From Betaproteobacteria bacterium (GTDB lineage Bacteria > Pseudomonadota > Gammaproteobacteria > Burkholderiales > Burkholderiaceae_C), in assembly GCA_043716645.1 (NCBI GenBank), contig JAYSYH010000109.1, positions 42,941-106,940 on the forward strand: a DNA stretch of 64,000 nucleotides, given 5' to 3'. The notes under the pieces were generated by a model. That model had not been told where the DNA came from. It saw only the letters and a list, made by a program, of their open reading frames with translations, and ran no database searches. The position numbers and the translations under genes were made by a program. This document shows, piece by piece, positions 46,228-56,694 of the stretch; positions within the stretch are counted from its first letter, which is position 1; every line of letters begins with the position of its first letter.

Positions 46228-49200
46228 ATGAATGCACTGCTGCCGATCACTGCGCCTTCGATGGCTACCGACTTCGTCGATGCCGCCAAGTTCGACGCTG
46301 CACCGCCTGAAGGCGCCAAGCGCCTGCGCGAGATTCCCTACAACTACACGTCTTTCAGCGACCGCGAAATCGTCATTCGCCTGTTGGGTGCCCGCGCCTG
46401 GGACATCCTGAGCCTGCTGCGCCAAGAGCGCCAGACCGGCCGCAGCGCGCGCATGTTGTACGAGGTGCTGGGCGACATCTGGGTGGTCCAGCGCAACCCC
46501 TACCTGGAAGACGATTTGCTGGACAACCCCAAGCGCCGGCAGATGTTGATCACCGCGCTGCAGCACCGCTTGGGCGAGGTCAGCAAACGCCGCAACGCCG
46601 CTGAAGACGCGCAGCGCGACGCCCTGGTGGGTGAACTGCTGGCAGCCGCCCACGCCGCCGTTGCGGCCTTCGCGGCGCGTTTTCGGGCCGTCTGGGATTT
46701 GCGCAAAGCCACCCACCGCGTGCTGGGCCGCCTCACCGCGAAAGACAACCTCAAGTTCGACGGCCTGAGCCGGGTCAGCCACGTCACCGACGCCACCGAC
46801 TGGCGCGTCGAATACCCCTTCGTCGTGCTGACCCCGGACAGCGAAGCCGAGATGGCTGCGTTGGTGGCCGGCTGCATCGAACTCGGCCTGACCATCATTC
46901 CGCGTGGCGGTGGCACCGGCTACACCGGCGGCGCGGTGCCGCTGACCTGGCGGAGCGCGGTCATCAACACCGAAAAGCTCGAAGCAATGGGGGCGGTCGA
47001 GATGCGGCTGCTGCCGGGCCTCAGCACGCCGGTGGCCACCATCACCAGTGAGGCCGGCGTGGTCACGCAACGCGTCACCGACGCGGCCGAAAATGCTGGC
47101 TTCGTGTTCGCGGTCGATCCGACATCGGCCGAGGCCAGTTGCATCGGCGGCAACATCGCCATGAACGCCGGCGGCAAGAAGGCCGTGTTGTGGGGCACGG
47201 CGCTGGACAACCTGGCCTCTTGGCGCATGGTCACGCCCGATGCAAAGTGGCTGGAAGTGACGCGGCTGAACCACAACCTGGGCAAGATCCACGACGCGCC
47301 GGTGGCCAGCTTCCGACTTGACTATTTCGACGCCAGCGGCAAGAAGCTGGAACGCACCGAGCAGCTCGACATCCCCGGCCGCGTCTTCCGCAAGGAAGGC
47401 CTGGGCAAGGACGTCACCGACAAGTTCCTGGCCGGCCTGCCGGGCATCCAGAAAGAAGGCTGCGACGGGCTGATCACCAGCGCGCGCTGGGTGCTGCACC
47501 GCATGCCGGCGCATGCGCGCACGGTGTGCCTGGAATTCTTCGGCAACCCGAAAGATGCGGTGCCCAGCATCGTCGAGATCAAGGATTACCTGTTCGGATT
47601 GAAAGAGCAGGGTGTTCTGCTCGCGGGCCTGGAACACCTGGACGACCGCTACCTGCGTGCCGTGGGTTACGCGACGAAAAGCAAGCGCGCGCTGGCCAAC
47701 ATCGGCGGTGGCTCGAACCCGGGCCTGCCGAAGATGGTGCTGCTGGGCGACATCGTGGGCGACGACGAGAACGCCGTCGCCCGAGCCACCAGCGAGGTCG
47801 TGCGCATCGCCAATTCGCGTGCCGGCGAAGGCTTCATCGCGGTCAGCGCCGACGCGCGCAAGAAGTTCTGGCTGGACCGCAAGCGCACGGCCGCGATCGC
47901 CAAGCACACGAATGCGTTCAAGGTGAACGAAGACGTCGTGATTCCATTGCCGCGCATGGGCGAGTACACCGAAGGCATCGAGCACATCAACATCGAACTG
48001 AGCCTGCGCAACAAACTGGAACTGGTTGACGCGCTGCAGGCCTTCTTCGAGAAGGGCAAGCTGCCGAATGGGCTTCCTCTCGGCAAGAGCGACGACGCCG
48101 CTGACATCCCCAGCGCCGAGCTGCTGGAAGACCGCGTGCAGCAAGCGCTGGTGCTGCTGGCCGAGGTGCGTGCACTGTGGCAGCACTGGCTGACGAATCT
48201 GGACGTGGTGCAGGCCGATGCTTCGGACCTGCCTGGCGAAACCTGCTTCGCGATGCTGCAGGACTGGCGTTGGCGCGCTTCGTGGAAGGCGCAGATCCTG
48301 AAGCCGCTGCAATTGCTGTTCGCCGGCAGTTCCTTCGCGCCGCTGCTGGATGAGTGCAAGCGCATCCATCAGGGCGTACTGCGCGGCCGCGTGTGGGCGG
48401 CCCTGCACATGCACGCCGGCGACGGCAACGTGCACACCAACATCCCCGTCAACAGCGACAACTACGCGATGCTGCAGACGGCGCATGAAGCGGTAGCCCG
48501 CATCATGGTGTTGGCGCGCCACCTGGGCGGCGTGATCAGCGGCGAGCACGGCATCGGCATCACCAAGCTGCAATTCGTCACCGACGAAGAACTGCAAGCC
48601 TTCGCCGACTACAAGCAGCGCATCGACCCCGAAGGCCGCTTCAACAAAGGCAAGCTGCTGCGGGGTGCCGCGTCAGACAGCCGCGCCGCGGACCTGAGCG
48701 CTGCCTACACGCCCAGCTTCGGGCTGATGGGACACGAGTCGCTGATCATGCAGCAGAGCGACATCGGTGCTATCAGCGAGAGCATCAAGGACTGCCTGCG
48801 CTGCGGCAAATGCAAGCCGGTCTGCGCCACCCACGTGCCGCGCGCCAACCTGTTGTACAGCCCGCGCAACAAGATATTGGCCACCTCGCTGCTGATCGAA
48901 GCCTTTCTGTACGAAGAGCAGACCCGGCGCGGCATCAGCGTCAAGCACTGGGCAGACTTCGAAGACGTGGCCGACCACTGCACGGTGTGCCACAAATGCC
49001 TTTCGCCTTGCCCGGTGAACATCGATTTCGGCGACGTGACCATGGCCATGCGCAACCTGTTGCGCAAGATGGGCAAGAAGAGCTTGCGCCCGGGCAACGC
49101 GGCGGCCATGCTGTTCCTGAACGCCACCAGCCCGCAGACCATCAAGCTGATGAGACTGGGCATGGTGGATGTCGGCTTCAAGGTGCAGCGCTTCATGAAC

Positions 49201-50229
49201 GGCGTGCTCAAGCTCGCGGCGCGCAAGCAGAGCGCTGCGCCGCCGGCCACGCTGGGCGCAGCGCCGATCAAGGAACAGGTCATCCACTTCATCAACAAGA
49301 AGATGCCGGGTGGCCTACCGAAAAAAACCGCGCGCGCGCTGCTGGACATCGAGGATAAGGACTACGTCCCCATCATCCGCAACCCGCAGCGCACCACGGC
49401 TGAAACCGAGGCGGTCTTCTATTTCCCGGGCTGCGGCAGCGAGCGGCTGTTCAGCCAGGTCGGCCTGGCCACGCAAGCCATGCTGTGGCATGCGGGTGTG
49501 CAAACGGTGCTGCCGCCGGGCTACCTGTGCTGCGGCTACCCGCAGCGCGGCAGTGGCCAGGCCGACAAGGCCGAGAAAATCATCACCGACAACCGGGTGC
49601 TGTTCCACCGCGTGGCCAACACGCTGAACTACCTGGACATCAAAACCGTGGTGGTCAGCTGCGGCACCTGCTACGACCAGCTGCAGGGCTACAAGTTCGA
49701 AGACATCTTCCCCGGCTGCCGCATCGTCGACATCCACGAATACCTGCTGGAAAAAGGCATCAAGCTGGATGCCACGCACACGGCCGGCTACCTGTACCAC
49801 GACCCCTGCCACAGCCCGATGAAGCTGCAGGACCCGATGAAGACCGTCAAGGCTCTCATCGGCCCGAACGTGCTGAAGAACGAACGCTGCTGCGGCGAAA
49901 GCGGCACGCTGGGCGTGACGCGACCCGACATCAGCACGCAGGTGCGCTTTCGCAAGGAAGAAGAAATCCGTTCGGGCGAGGCCGCGCTGCGCCAGTTGAT
50001 GGCCGGCACGCCCGGCCTGAGCACTGCCGCGCAGGCCAACGTGAAAATTCTGACCAGCTGCCCCAGCTGCCTGCAGGGCTTGAAGCGCTTTGAGGACGAC
50101 TTGAACAGCGGTTTGCTGGAAGCCGACTACATCGTGGTCGAGATGGCCCGGGTGATGCTGGGCGAAAACTGGCTGCCCGACTACGTGGCGCTGGCCAACG
50201 CCGGGGGCATCGAGCGGGTGTTGGTTTGA
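46228..50229 (+). CDS. FAD-linked oxidoreductase with 4Fe-4S and CCG domains (DUF3683/DUF3400 type)
   Basis: [67 protein letters not shown]. Confidence 0.9.
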   Translation: MNALLPITAPSMATDFVDAAKFDAAPPEGAKRLREIPYNYTSFSDREIVIRLLGARAWDILSLLRQERQTGRSARMLYEVLGDIWVVQRNPYLEDDLLDNPKRRQMLITALQHRLGEVSKRRNAAEDAQRDALVGELLAAAHAAVAAFAARFRAVWDLRKATHRVLGRLTAKDNLKFDGLSRVSHVTDATDWRVEYPFVVLTPDSEAEMAALVAGCIELGLTIIPRGGGTGYTGGAVPLTWRSAVINTEKLEAMGAVEMRLLPGLSTPVATITSEAGVVTQRVTDAAENAGFVFAVDPTSAEASCIGGNIAMNAGGKKAVLWGTALDNLASWRMVTPDAKWLEVTRLNHNLGKIHDAPVASFRLDYFDASGKKLERTEQLDIPGRVFRKEGLGKDVTDKFLAGLPGIQKEGCDGLITSARWVLHRMPAHARTVCLEFFGNPKDAVPSIVEIKDYLFGLKEQGVLLAGLEHLDDRYLRAVGYATKSKRALANIGGGSNPGLPKMVLLGDIVGDDENAVARATSEVVRIANSRAGEGFIAVSADARKKFWLDRKRTAAIAKHTNAFKVNEDVVIPLPRMGEYTEGIEHINIELSLRNKLELVDALQAFFEKGKLPNGLPLGKSDDAADIPSAELLEDRVQQALVLLAEVRALWQHWLTNLDVVQADASDLPGETCFAMLQDWRWRASWKAQILKPLQLLFAGSSFAPLLDECKRIHQGVLRGRVWAALHMHAGDGNVHTNIPVNSDNYAMLQTAHEAVARIMVLARHLGGVISGEHGIGITKLQFVTDEELQAFADYKQRIDPEGRFNKGKLLRGAASDSRAADLSAAYTPSFGLMGHESLIMQQSDIGAISESIKDCLRCGKCKPVCATHVPRANLLYSPRNKILATSLLIEAFLYEEQTRRGISVKHWADFEDVADHCTVCHKCLSPCPVNIDFGDVTMAMRNLLRKMGKKSLRPGNAAAMLFLNATSPQTIKLMRLGMVDVGFKVQRFMNGVLKLAARKQSAAPPATLGAAPIKEQVIHFINKKMPGGLPKKTARALLDIEDKDYVPIIRNPQRTTAETEAVFYFPGCGSERLFSQVGLATQAMLWHAGVQTVLPPGYLCCGYPQRGSGQADKAEKIITDNRVLFHRVANTLNYLDIKTVVVSCGTCYDQLQGYKFEDIFPGCRIVDIHEYLLEKGIKLDATHTAGYLYHDPCHSPMKLQDPMKTVKALIGPNVLKNERCCGESGTLGVTRPDISTQVRFRKEEEIRSGEAALRQLMAGTPGLSTAAQANVKILTSCPSCLQGLKRFEDDLNSGLLEADYIVVEMARVMLGENWLPDYVALANAGGIERVLV

Positions 50230-50372
50230 ACTGGACCGCAGCGGCAGGGGCGAAAACCAACCGACTGTTGCAATTGCGGCCCTTGCAGGCAGGGGGGGCC
50301 CCACGAATGCGGGGTTTTGCCGGTCGGGTGCGCATCCATACTTCAGTCAACAAATTCAACAGGAGCCCCGAA

Positions 50373-50879
50373 ATGAACTTCAAGCTTTGCATCAGTACCG
50401 CCGCCCTTGCCATGGCCGTAGCCGGCAGCGCTTCGGCCACCTCATACAGCTTCACGATGCCGCTGGCGCCTGCAACGCCGTATTCGACATTTCAGTCGGT
50501 CAGTGGAGTGTCATTCATCGACTACTTCAACTTCACAGCGCCCACTGGCGCGGTGCAAGCGGCCGCTGCCGTCGTTTCAATCGATCTGGCGCCGTTCGCC
50601 AATATCGACCTGATGCAGCTGTCCTTGTTCTCGGGGTCGAATGGCACCGGTGCCCTCCTTTTCGTCGGTGGGGTCGGCGAGTTTTCGCAACTCGAGAACG
50701 TCGCGATCACCGCCGGCAGCGCCTACTCCTTCAGGATGACGGGCAACATCGTCAGCGCTCCTGTGGGCTATTACACCTTCACGGCCGTCGCCGCACCGGT
50801 GCCAGAACCCGAAACCTACGTACTGATGCTTGCCGGCATCGCTGCCGTCGGCTTCGTGGCGATGCGTCGCCGGGGTTGA
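50373..50879 (+). CDS. FxDxF-family PEP-CTERM protein
   Basis: RBS AGGAG, signal peptide, FIDYF motif, VPEPETYVLMLAGIAAVGFVAMRRRG. Confidence 0.93.
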   Translation: MNFKLCISTAALAMAVAGSASATSYSFTMPLAPATPYSTFQSVSGVSFIDYFNFTAPTGAVQAAAAVVSIDLAPFANIDLMQLSLFSGSNGTGALLFVGGVGEFSQLENVAITAGSAYSFRMTGNIVSAPVGYYTFTAVAAPVPEPETYVLMLAGIAAVGFVAMRRRG

Positions 50880-50915
50880 AGCCCGCGTCGGGTCGGTGAC
50901 CCGGTCAGACCCGTG

Positions 50916-50948
50916 AAAAGCGGCGCCCCGGCGCCGCTTTTCTCTTTT
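50916..50948 (+). terminator. Rho-independent terminator
   Basis: AAAAGCGGCGCC-CC-GGCGCCGCTTTT followed by CTCTTTT. Confidence 0.85.
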
Positions 50949-51022
50949 CGGAAGTCCTGCGATGGCGGGCGATACACTGCCCACTGGTCCCGTAACTCCT
51001 CATCGCAAGCCCTTCATCACCC

Positions 51023-51436
51023 ATGGCCGGTTTGACCCCTGACACCCCGCAGCCCACGACCTTGACCGTGCACCAAGCCTCACGCACGCTGGAAATTGCG
51101 TTCGACGACGGCGCCCATTTCCACATTCCATTCGAACTGATGCGTGTGTATTCGCCATCGGCAGAAGTGCAGGGCCACGGCCCGGGACAGGAAGTGCTGC
51201 AGACCGGCAAGCACGAAGTCGGCATTGTGGACATCGTGGCCGTTGGCCATTACGCGGTGCAGCCGGTTTTCACCGACGGTCACGAAAGCGGCATCTTTTC
51301 CTGGGACCTGCTCTACAACCTGGGCGCCACCCAGGTTGACCTGTGGCAGCGCTACGAAGCGCGCTTGCATGCAGCAGGCGCCGACCGCAACGCGCCGATG
51401 GTCAAGGCCGCCGGCGGCGCCTGCAGCAGTCACTGA
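51023..51436 (+). CDS. DUF971 / gamma-butyrobetaine-hydroxylase N-terminal-like protein
   Basis: [48 protein letters not shown]; usual neighbour of ubiE. Confidence 0.9.
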   Translation: MAGLTPDTPQPTTLTVHQASRTLEIAFDDGAHFHIPFELMRVYSPSAEVQGHGPGQEVLQTGKHEVGIVDIVAVGHYAVQPVFTDGHESGIFSWDLLYNLGATQVDLWQRYEARLHAAGADRNAPMVKAAGGACSSH

Positions 51437-51447
51437 AAGGCGCGGCC

Positions 51448-52179
51448 ATGACGCAAACCCATTTCGGCTATCAAACGGTAGAAGACGCCGAGAAGGCCCG
51501 GCGCGTGCGCGGGGTGTTCGACTCGGTGGCCAGCCGTTACGACGTGATGAACGACGTGTTGTCGATGGGCCTGCACCGCGTCTGGAAGGCCTACACAGTG
51601 GCCGTGGCTGCAGTGCAGCCGGGCATGAAGGTGCTGGACATCGCGGGTGGCACGGGCGACCTGGCGCGGGCTTTCGCAAAGCCCGCAGGCCCCAACGGGC
51701 GCGTGGTGCTCACCGACATCAACGAAGCCATGCTGCGTGTGGGGCGCGACCGCTTGCTCGACGACGGTCTGGTGCTGCCCACAGCGGCCTGCGACGCTGA
51801 GCATTTGCCCTTCGCCGACGGCGTCTTCGATCTGGTCAGCGTGGCCTTCGGCTTGCGCAACATGACGCACAAGGATGCCGCGCTGACCGATATGTGCCGC
51901 GTGCTGCGGCCTGGCGGCCGCCTGCTGGTGCTGGAGTTTTCCCAGCCCGGTGCGCTGCTGCAAAAGCCCTATGACTGGTATTCGTTCACGCTGATGCCGA
52001 TGCTGGGCAAGCTGATTGCGAAAGACGGCGACAGTTACCGCTACCTGGCCGAAAGCATCCGCATGCACCCTGACCAGGCCACGCTGAAGGCAATGATGCA
52101 AACGGCCGGCTTCGGGCATGTCGACGTGCACCGCCTGGCCGGCGGCATCGTGGCGCTGCACGTCGGCGTGAAGTGTTGA
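51448..52179 (+). CDS. ubiE: Ubiquinone/menaquinone C-methyltransferase
   Basis: [47 protein letters not shown]. Confidence 0.97.
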   Translation: MTQTHFGYQTVEDAEKARRVRGVFDSVASRYDVMNDVLSMGLHRVWKAYTVAVAAVQPGMKVLDIAGGTGDLARAFAKPAGPNGRVVLTDINEAMLRVGRDRLLDDGLVLPTAACDAEHLPFADGVFDLVSVAFGLRNMTHKDAALTDMCRVLRPGGRLLVLEFSQPGALLQKPYDWYSFTLMPMLGKLIAKDGDSYRYLAESIRMHPDQATLKAMMQTAGFGHVDVHRLAGGIVALHVGVKC

Positions 52180-52200
52180 ACTAAGGTGCCGGCAGTTATT

Positions 52201-52234
52201 TGTCACAGTCTGCTGGCACAGTCTGCTGGCACAG
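52201..52234. repeat. 13-bp direct repeat (TGKCACAGTCTGC x2.6) upstream of the EPS operon
   Basis: tgtcacagtctgc tggcacagtctgc tggcacag. Confidence 0.85.
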
Positions 52235-52474
52235 GCGACCGCTGTGGTGGTGTTTCGGCTGTCAAGCGCTGGTCCGAACTGGGCTAGCGCATGACTTCTT
52301 ACCTGACTTGCACCTTGCTTTGGGGGGTGCTGGCCACCCGGCCAGCGCAGAGGCTGCAGGTACACTCAGAAACCTTGTTGGCGGGTCGTGAACCCTGCTA
52401 GCAGCTCTGCTTCGGCATGCACTTTGTGCGCCCGTCGAACGAGGCCCGACAAGAACCCCTGAAGGACTGAGACC

Positions 52475-53443
52475 ATGCACCTGAAGCCGACCCGTACACC
52501 CTTCGCTGCCCGTAGCTGGCTGCCCCTGGCCGTTGTGGCTGCGGCCGTGGTGCTGGCCGGTTGCGGCGACAAGAAGGACAAGGCCGCAAGCCAGACGGCG
52601 GCCAAGGTCAACAAGGACGAGATCACCGTCCACCAGATCAACTTCGTCCTGCAGCAACAGCGCGGCCTGCGTCCCGAGCAGGCCGACGAAGCCAGCCGGC
52701 AGATCCTGCAACGCCTGATCGACCAGCAGCTGGCCTTGCAAAAAGGCGACGACCTGAAGATCGACCGTGACCCGCGAGTGGTGCAGCAGCTGGAAGCCGC
52801 GCGTCGCGAAATCCTGGCCCGTGCCTACCTGGAAAAAGTCGGTGAAGCCGCGCCCAAGCCGGCGCCGGAAGAAATCAAGAAGTACTACGACGAAAAGCCC
52901 GCACTCTTTAGCGAACGGCGGGTCTACAACATCCAGGAAATCGCCATCGAAGCAAAGCCTGAGCGTTTCGCAGAATTGCGCGAAAAGCTGGCTGGCAGCA
53001 AAGACATCAACACTTTCCTGGAATACCTGAAGGCCAGCGACATCCGCTTCTCGGGCAACCAGGCCGTGCGCGCCGCTGAGCAATTGCCGCTGCAGAGCCT
53101 GGAAGCCTTCGCGAAAATGAAAGACGGCCAGGCCATGATGGTGCCGGCACAGAACGGTTTGCAGGTGGTGTTGCTGGCCGGCTCGCGCAGCCAGCCTGTC
53201 AACGAAGAGCAGGCCCGCCCGGCCATCGAGCAATTCCTGCTGAACGATCGCAAGCGCAAGCTGGTGGAAGACGACCTGAAGGCGATGCGTGCCGCCGCCA
53301 AGATCGAATACGTCGGCAAGTTCGCGCCGGCTGCCGCGTCGGCGCCGGCTGCTACCCCACCGGCACCCGACGCCTCAGCCGCCGCCGCAAGCGCGGGCGC
53401 GCTCAACCCCACAGACATCAGCAAGGGCATGGGTCTCAAATGA
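52475..53443 (+). CDS. epsD: EpsD-family peptidyl-prolyl isomerase-like lipoprotein (PEP-CTERM/EPS system)
   Basis: Lipobox LAGC, SQTAAKVNKDEITVHQIN, LIDQQL, P.LFSERRVY, AAEQLP; first gene of the epsDEFG block. Confidence 0.88.
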   Translation: MHLKPTRTPFAARSWLPLAVVAAAVVLAGCGDKKDKAASQTAAKVNKDEITVHQINFVLQQQRGLRPEQADEASRQILQRLIDQQLALQKGDDLKIDRDPRVVQQLEAARREILARAYLEKVGEAAPKPAPEEIKKYYDEKPALFSERRVYNIQEIAIEAKPERFAELREKLAGSKDINTFLEYLKASDIRFSGNQAVRAAEQLPLQSLEAFAKMKDGQAMMVPAQNGLQVVLLAGSRSQPVNEEQARPAIEQFLLNDRKRKLVEDDLKAMRAAAKIEYVGKFAPAAASAPAATPPAPDASAAAASAGALNPTDISKGMGLK

Positions 53444-54285
53444 TGGCTTCGAAAATCTCTTTCATCGGGGCCGCGCTGTCGGCCCTGTTGCTGCTGGGTA
53501 CGGGCAGCCCGGCCCAGGCACAAGTTGCGGCTGCGGCTTCTGCTGCACCCAGCGCACCCAACGAATACCGGCTGGGTTCAGGCGACGTGATCCGCGTCAC
53601 CGTCTTTCAGAACCCCGACCTGACTTTGGAAGGCCGCATCTCAGAAGCCGGCGTCGTGTCTTACCCGCTGCTGGGCAGCATCCGCCTGGGTGGGCAGAGC
53701 GTGACGGCTGCCGAGAAGTTCATCGCCGACGGTCTGCGCAATGGCAATTTCGTCAAGCAGCCGCAGGTTTCGCTGGTGGTGTTGCAGGTGCGCGGCAACC
53801 AGGCCAGCGTGCTGGGCCAGGTCAACCGCCCCGGCCGCTACCCCATCGAGGTGGCCGACATGCGGCTGTCTGAACTGGTGGCCACTGCCGGCGGCATCGC
53901 ACCCAACGGCGCCGACGTGGTCATCGTCACCGGCGTGCGCAACAGCAAGCCCTACCGATATGAAGTTGACCTGCCCACTTTGTTCGCACCGGGCGGCCGC
54001 GAGAAAGACGTCTTCATCCTGAACGGCGACACGGCCTTCGTCGACCGCCAGCAGTTGGTCTACATCTACGGCGAAGTGCAGCGCCCCGGCCCGATGCGGC
54101 TGGAACGCGACATGACCCTGCTGCAGGTGCTGGCCAGCGGCGGCGGTTTGACGCTGCGCGGCACCGAAAAGGGCATCAAGGTGCACCGCAAGGAAGCCGA
54201 CGGCAGCATTCAGTTGATTGCACCCACGCTGACCGACAAACTCCGCGAAGGCGATGTCGTCTTTGTGCGTGAGAGCTTGTTCTAG
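53440..54285 (+). CDS. epsE: Polysaccharide export protein EpsE (Wza-like)
   Basis: YRLGSGDVIRVTVFQNPDL, VLGQVNRPGRYP, IYGEVQRPG, GDVVFVRESLF. Confidence 0.9.
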   Translation: MMASKISFIGAALSALLLLGTGSPAQAQVAAAASAAPSAPNEYRLGSGDVIRVTVFQNPDLTLEGRISEAGVVSYPLLGSIRLGGQSVTAAEKFIADGLRNGNFVKQPQVSLVVLQVRGNQASVLGQVNRPGRYPIEVADMRLSELVATAGGIAPNGADVVIVTGVRNSKPYRYEVDLPTLFAPGGREKDVFILNGDTAFVDRQQLVYIYGEVQRPGPMRLERDMTLLQVLASGGGLTLRGTEKGIKVHRKEADGSIQLIAPTLTDKLREGDVVFVRESLF

Positions 54286-54302
54286 ATCCGAGAAAGTTAC
54301 TC

Positions 54303-55736
54303 ATGACTTTGGGACAGTTTCTTTCCGCCCTGCGCGCCCGCTGGCTCGTGGCCTTGATTGTGCTGGGCACGATCGTCGGCATCACGGCCGTTGCCAGTCT
54401 GTTGTGGCCCAAACGCTATTCGGCAGCAGCTACCGTGGTGGTCGACGTTAAGCCCGATCCGGTGTCGTCCTTGCTGTATCCGGGCCTGGGTTCGCCGGCC
54501 TTCATGGCCACGCAGGTGGACATCATCAACAGCGAACGGGTCGCTCAGCGGGTTGTTCGCAACCTGAAGCTGGCCGACAACCCGCAGGTGCGCCAGCAAT
54601 GGCAAGACGCCACCCAGGGCCGCGTCAGCGTCGAATCGTGGCTGGGTGACACCTTCCAGCGCAGCGTGGAAGTCCGGCCTTCGCGCGAATCCAATGTCAT
54701 CACGGTCACCTACAAGGCGCCCGACCCGAAGTTCGCGGCGGCGCTGGCGAATGCTTTCGTGCAGGCCTACATCGACGTCACGCTGGACATGCGCGTAAAC
54801 CCGGCGAAGGAATACTCGGGCTTCTTCGAGAGCCGTTCGCGCGAAGCTCGCGAGGCACTGGAATCGGCGCAGACGCGCCTGAGCACCTTCCAGAAAGAGA
54901 AAAGCATCATCGCCTCGGACGAGCGTCTGGACATCGAGAACTCGCGCCTCAACGAACTGTCTTCGCAACTCACCCAACTGCAGGCCTTGGCGGCTGAATC
55001 GTCAAGCCGCCAGACCCAGGCGCAAGGCGCTCAGGGTGACCGTCTGCAGGAAGTGCTGAACAACGGCTTGGTGCTGGGTATCAAGTCCGACATCAGCCGT
55101 GGCGAGGCCCGTCTGCAAGAGCTGTCTACCCGCTACGGTGACGCGCACCCGCTGGTACAGGAAACCAAGGCCAACCTGACTGAGTTGCGGGCGAGGCTTG
55201 AATCTGAAACCCGCAAGGTTGTCAGCAGCGTGGGCATGAGCAACACCATCAACCGCAAGCGCGAATCCGATGTGCAAGCCTCGTTGAACGCCCAGCGCGA
55301 CAAGGTCCTGCGCCTGAAGACGGTCCGCGACGAAGGCCTGGTCATTCAGCGCGACGTGGAAAACGCCCAGCGCGCTTACGACGCCATCCAGTCGCGCTAC
55401 ACGCAGACCACGCTGGAAAGTCAGACCAAGCAAAGCAATGTGTTCCTGCTGAATGAGGCTTCGGTGCCGCTGGAAGCCGCATCGCCCCGCATCGCCCTGA
55501 ACATGCTGCTGGCGGTGTTCTTGGGCACGATGGCTGCAGTGGCGGCGGCGTTGGGGCTGGAACTCTTCGACCGCCATGTGCGTGACCCGCAAGATCTGGT
55601 GGCCGTTGGCGGCGTTCCGGTGCTGCTGGTACTGCCCAATGGGCTCAAAGGGCAGGGGTCCGCCAAGCGCCTGGGTGCGCTGGCTCAACAACGTGTGGTG
55701 GGTCAGTTGCCCAGCCCTGCAACTGGGAAAGCGTGA
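54303..55736 (+). CDS. epsF: Chain-length determinant EpsF (polysaccharide co-polymerase)
   Basis: Two TM helices flanking a coiled coil; FMATQVDII.SERVA, DERLDIE..RL.ELS.QL, HP, QRDVENAQRAYD. Confidence 0.9.
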   Translation: MTLGQFLSALRARWLVALIVLGTIVGITAVASLLWPKRYSAAATVVVDVKPDPVSSLLYPGLGSPAFMATQVDIINSERVAQRVVRNLKLADNPQVRQQWQDATQGRVSVESWLGDTFQRSVEVRPSRESNVITVTYKAPDPKFAAALANAFVQAYIDVTLDMRVNPAKEYSGFFESRSREAREALESAQTRLSTFQKEKSIIASDERLDIENSRLNELSSQLTQLQALAAESSSRQTQAQGAQGDRLQEVLNNGLVLGIKSDISRGEARLQELSTRYGDAHPLVQETKANLTELRARLESETRKVVSSVGMSNTINRKRESDVQASLNAQRDKVLRLKTVRDEGLVIQRDVENAQRAYDAIQSRYTQTTLESQTKQSNVFLLNEASVPLEAASPRIALNMLLAVFLGTMAAVAAALGLELFDRHVRDPQDLVAVGGVPVLLVLPNGLKGQGSAKRLGALAQQRVVGQLPSPATGKA

Positions 55737-56665
55737 TGGCCAAGTTTCGTGATTCAGAACCGATGGAAACGCTGCCGCCGGCAGCGCCCGCCCAGCACGC
55801 TGCCTCGGCGGGCAATGATGAGGGCGAACACGACCGCTCCATCGGCGACATCCTGGGCGAGACCCGCAACCTCACGGCCGACCAGATCGAGCGCGTGCTG
55901 GCCTACCAGCGCGAAAAAGGCGTGCGTTTCGGCGAAGCCGCCATCGCCCTGCGCATGGCCAGCACCGACGACGTGCTGTACGCGCTGGCCCAGCAGTTCC
56001 ACTACCCCTACGCCCCTGAATCGAGCAGCCATCTGGCCACCGAGGTGGTGGCCCTGTCCCAGCCCTTCTCGCCCCAGGCCGAGGCCTTCCGGGCCCTACG
56101 CAGCCAGGTGATGATGCGGGTTTTTGCCACCGGCCAGGCCGCGCCCCGTGCGCTGGCCCTGATCAGCCCAGACAGCGGTGACGGCAAGTCCTACGTGGCA
56201 GCCAACCTGGCTGTCGTGCTGGCCCAACTGGGTGGCCGCACGCTGCTGATCGACGCCGACATGCGCAACCCGCGCCAGCACGAGATCTTCAACCTCACCG
56301 TCAAGTCCGGTCTGTCGGGTGCCTTGTCAGGGCGTGCCGAAAAGCAGGTCGTGCAACAGGTCAAAGGCATCCCCAGCTTGTTTGTGTTGCCAGTCGGCGC
56401 GGTGCCGCCGAACCCGCTGGAACTGGTCGAGCGGCCGGCCTTCGGCCTGCTGGTGCGGGAATTGGCCACCAAGTTCGACCACGTCCTGGTCGACACGCCG
56501 GCGGCTGCGCTGGGTTCTGACGGCCAGGTCATCGCGGCGCGTTGTGGCGCGGCGCTGGGCCTGGCGCGCAAGAACGAGTCGCGGGTGCAGGCCTTGAAGT
56601 CGCTGAGTGAATCGATAGCGCAGACACCGGCCGAGCTGGTGGGCTTTATCGTCAACGAGCACTGA
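55733..56665 (+). CDS. epsG: EpsG BY-kinase-like P-loop ATPase with an N-terminal MshEN-like repeat
   Basis: EAFRALRS, Walker A SPDSGDGKS, A' LIDADMRNP, B VLVDTP, PPNPLEL; GTGA overlap with epsF. Confidence 0.9.
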   Translation: MMAKFRDSEPMETLPPAAPAQHAASAGNDEGEHDRSIGDILGETRNLTADQIERVLAYQREKGVRFGEAAIALRMASTDDVLYALAQQFHYPYAPESSSHLATEVVALSQPFSPQAEAFRALRSQVMMRVFATGQAAPRALALISPDSGDGKSYVAANLAVVLAQLGGRTLLIDADMRNPRQHEIFNLTVKSGLSGALSGRAEKQVVQQVKGIPSLFVLPVGAVPPNPLELVERPAFGLLVRELATKFDHVLVDTPAAALGSDGQVIAARCGAALGLARKNESRVQALKSLSESIAQTPAELVGFIVNEH

Positions 56666-56694
56666 ACAACTCGGGCCCTGGCGGTCAAACCCCG

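Noticed and set aside
46198-48597. 799-aa minus-strand ORF and similar long antisense ORFs (9644-11839, 21084-22787, 25606-27369)
   Set aside because: They mirror well-supported genes on the opposite strand; artefacts of codon bias.
52412-52428. CGGCATGCACTTTGTG as a sigma54 promoter for epsD
   Set aside because: Has GT instead of the conserved GC at -12; too weak to call.
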